Assembly (NCBI GenBank): GCA_023133485.1
Contig: JAGLWK010000038.1
Span: 25,352 to 89,351 of the forward strand
Direction of reading: 5' to 3'
Source: Bacteroidales bacterium
Lineage (GTDB): Bacteria > Bacteroidota > Bacteroidia > Bacteroidales > B39-G9
DNA length: 64,000 bases
The stretch's first letter is position 1; each line of letters opens with the position of its first letter. The position numbers were made by a program, and so were the translations under genes. The notes beneath the pieces were generated by a model. The model was not told the DNA's origin and searched no databases. It saw nothing but the letters and a program-made list of their open reading frames with translations. Shown here piece by piece: positions 63,979 through 64,000 of this stretch.

Positions 63979-64000
63979 AAGTCCGCAAGAAAACTTCTAT

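Noticed and set aside
1-64000. Search for tRNA, rRNA, RNase P, SRP or 6S RNA genes and prophage/integrase/transposase genes
   Set aside because: No ORF resembles an integrase or transposase. By eye, no intergenic region shows a cloverleaf or conserved rRNA/RNase P/SRP sequence blocks. Small structured RNAs cannot be excluded without covariance-model scanning.

Overview
This window is an AT-rich chromosomal segment. The gene content points to Bacteroidota: PorQ and PorV/PorQ-family barrels, a T9SS-type C-terminal sorting domain, a GH3-family protein, a SPOR protein, and a fused DAHP synthase/chorismate mutase. I found no rRNA, tRNA, tmRNA or CRISPR array. Housekeeping genes are yifB/comM, gmhA, DAHP synthase/chorismate mutase, purS, pssA, tyrS, cvpA, smpB, dnaE, trxA and dapD. 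They are interleaved with four accessory blocks.

1. 1-8408: a SiaA/SiaB/SiaC-like partner switch (PP2C phosphatase, kinase, DUF1987). It has no diguanylate cyclase. It is followed in the same gene string by a TerB-like/FHA-like ABCG-type transporter and two secreted proteins.

2. 25988-35042: the most interesting locus, a RiPP-type gene cluster. It contains a double-glycine-leader precursor with a 4-Cys, Thr/Asp/Glu-rich core, a secreted TPR-like protein, an ATP-grasp ligase, a 64-aa coupled ORF, and a SPASM-domain protein with no radical-SAM CxxxCxxC motif. It also contains a C39-peptidase ABC exporter, a HlyD adaptor and two divergent HTH regulators. The cluster carries two insertions: a 75-nt palindromic element in frame inside the C39 domain, and a GxxExxY-gene cassette bracketed by 61-nt direct repeats between the ABC and HlyD genes.

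3. 16886-18515: a GC-rich island carrying one gene whose T9SS sorting domain sits in the middle of the protein.

4. 56351-59799: an ArsR-controlled thiol-redox/permease operon, with three perfect TTCGTA-N4-TACGAA palindromes in or just upstream of it.

Separately, almost every 3' intergenic region contains inverted-repeat elements built from short sequence words. Several of these look like MITE-type insertions. All calls rest on reading the supplied translations and the DNA; no database search was possible.
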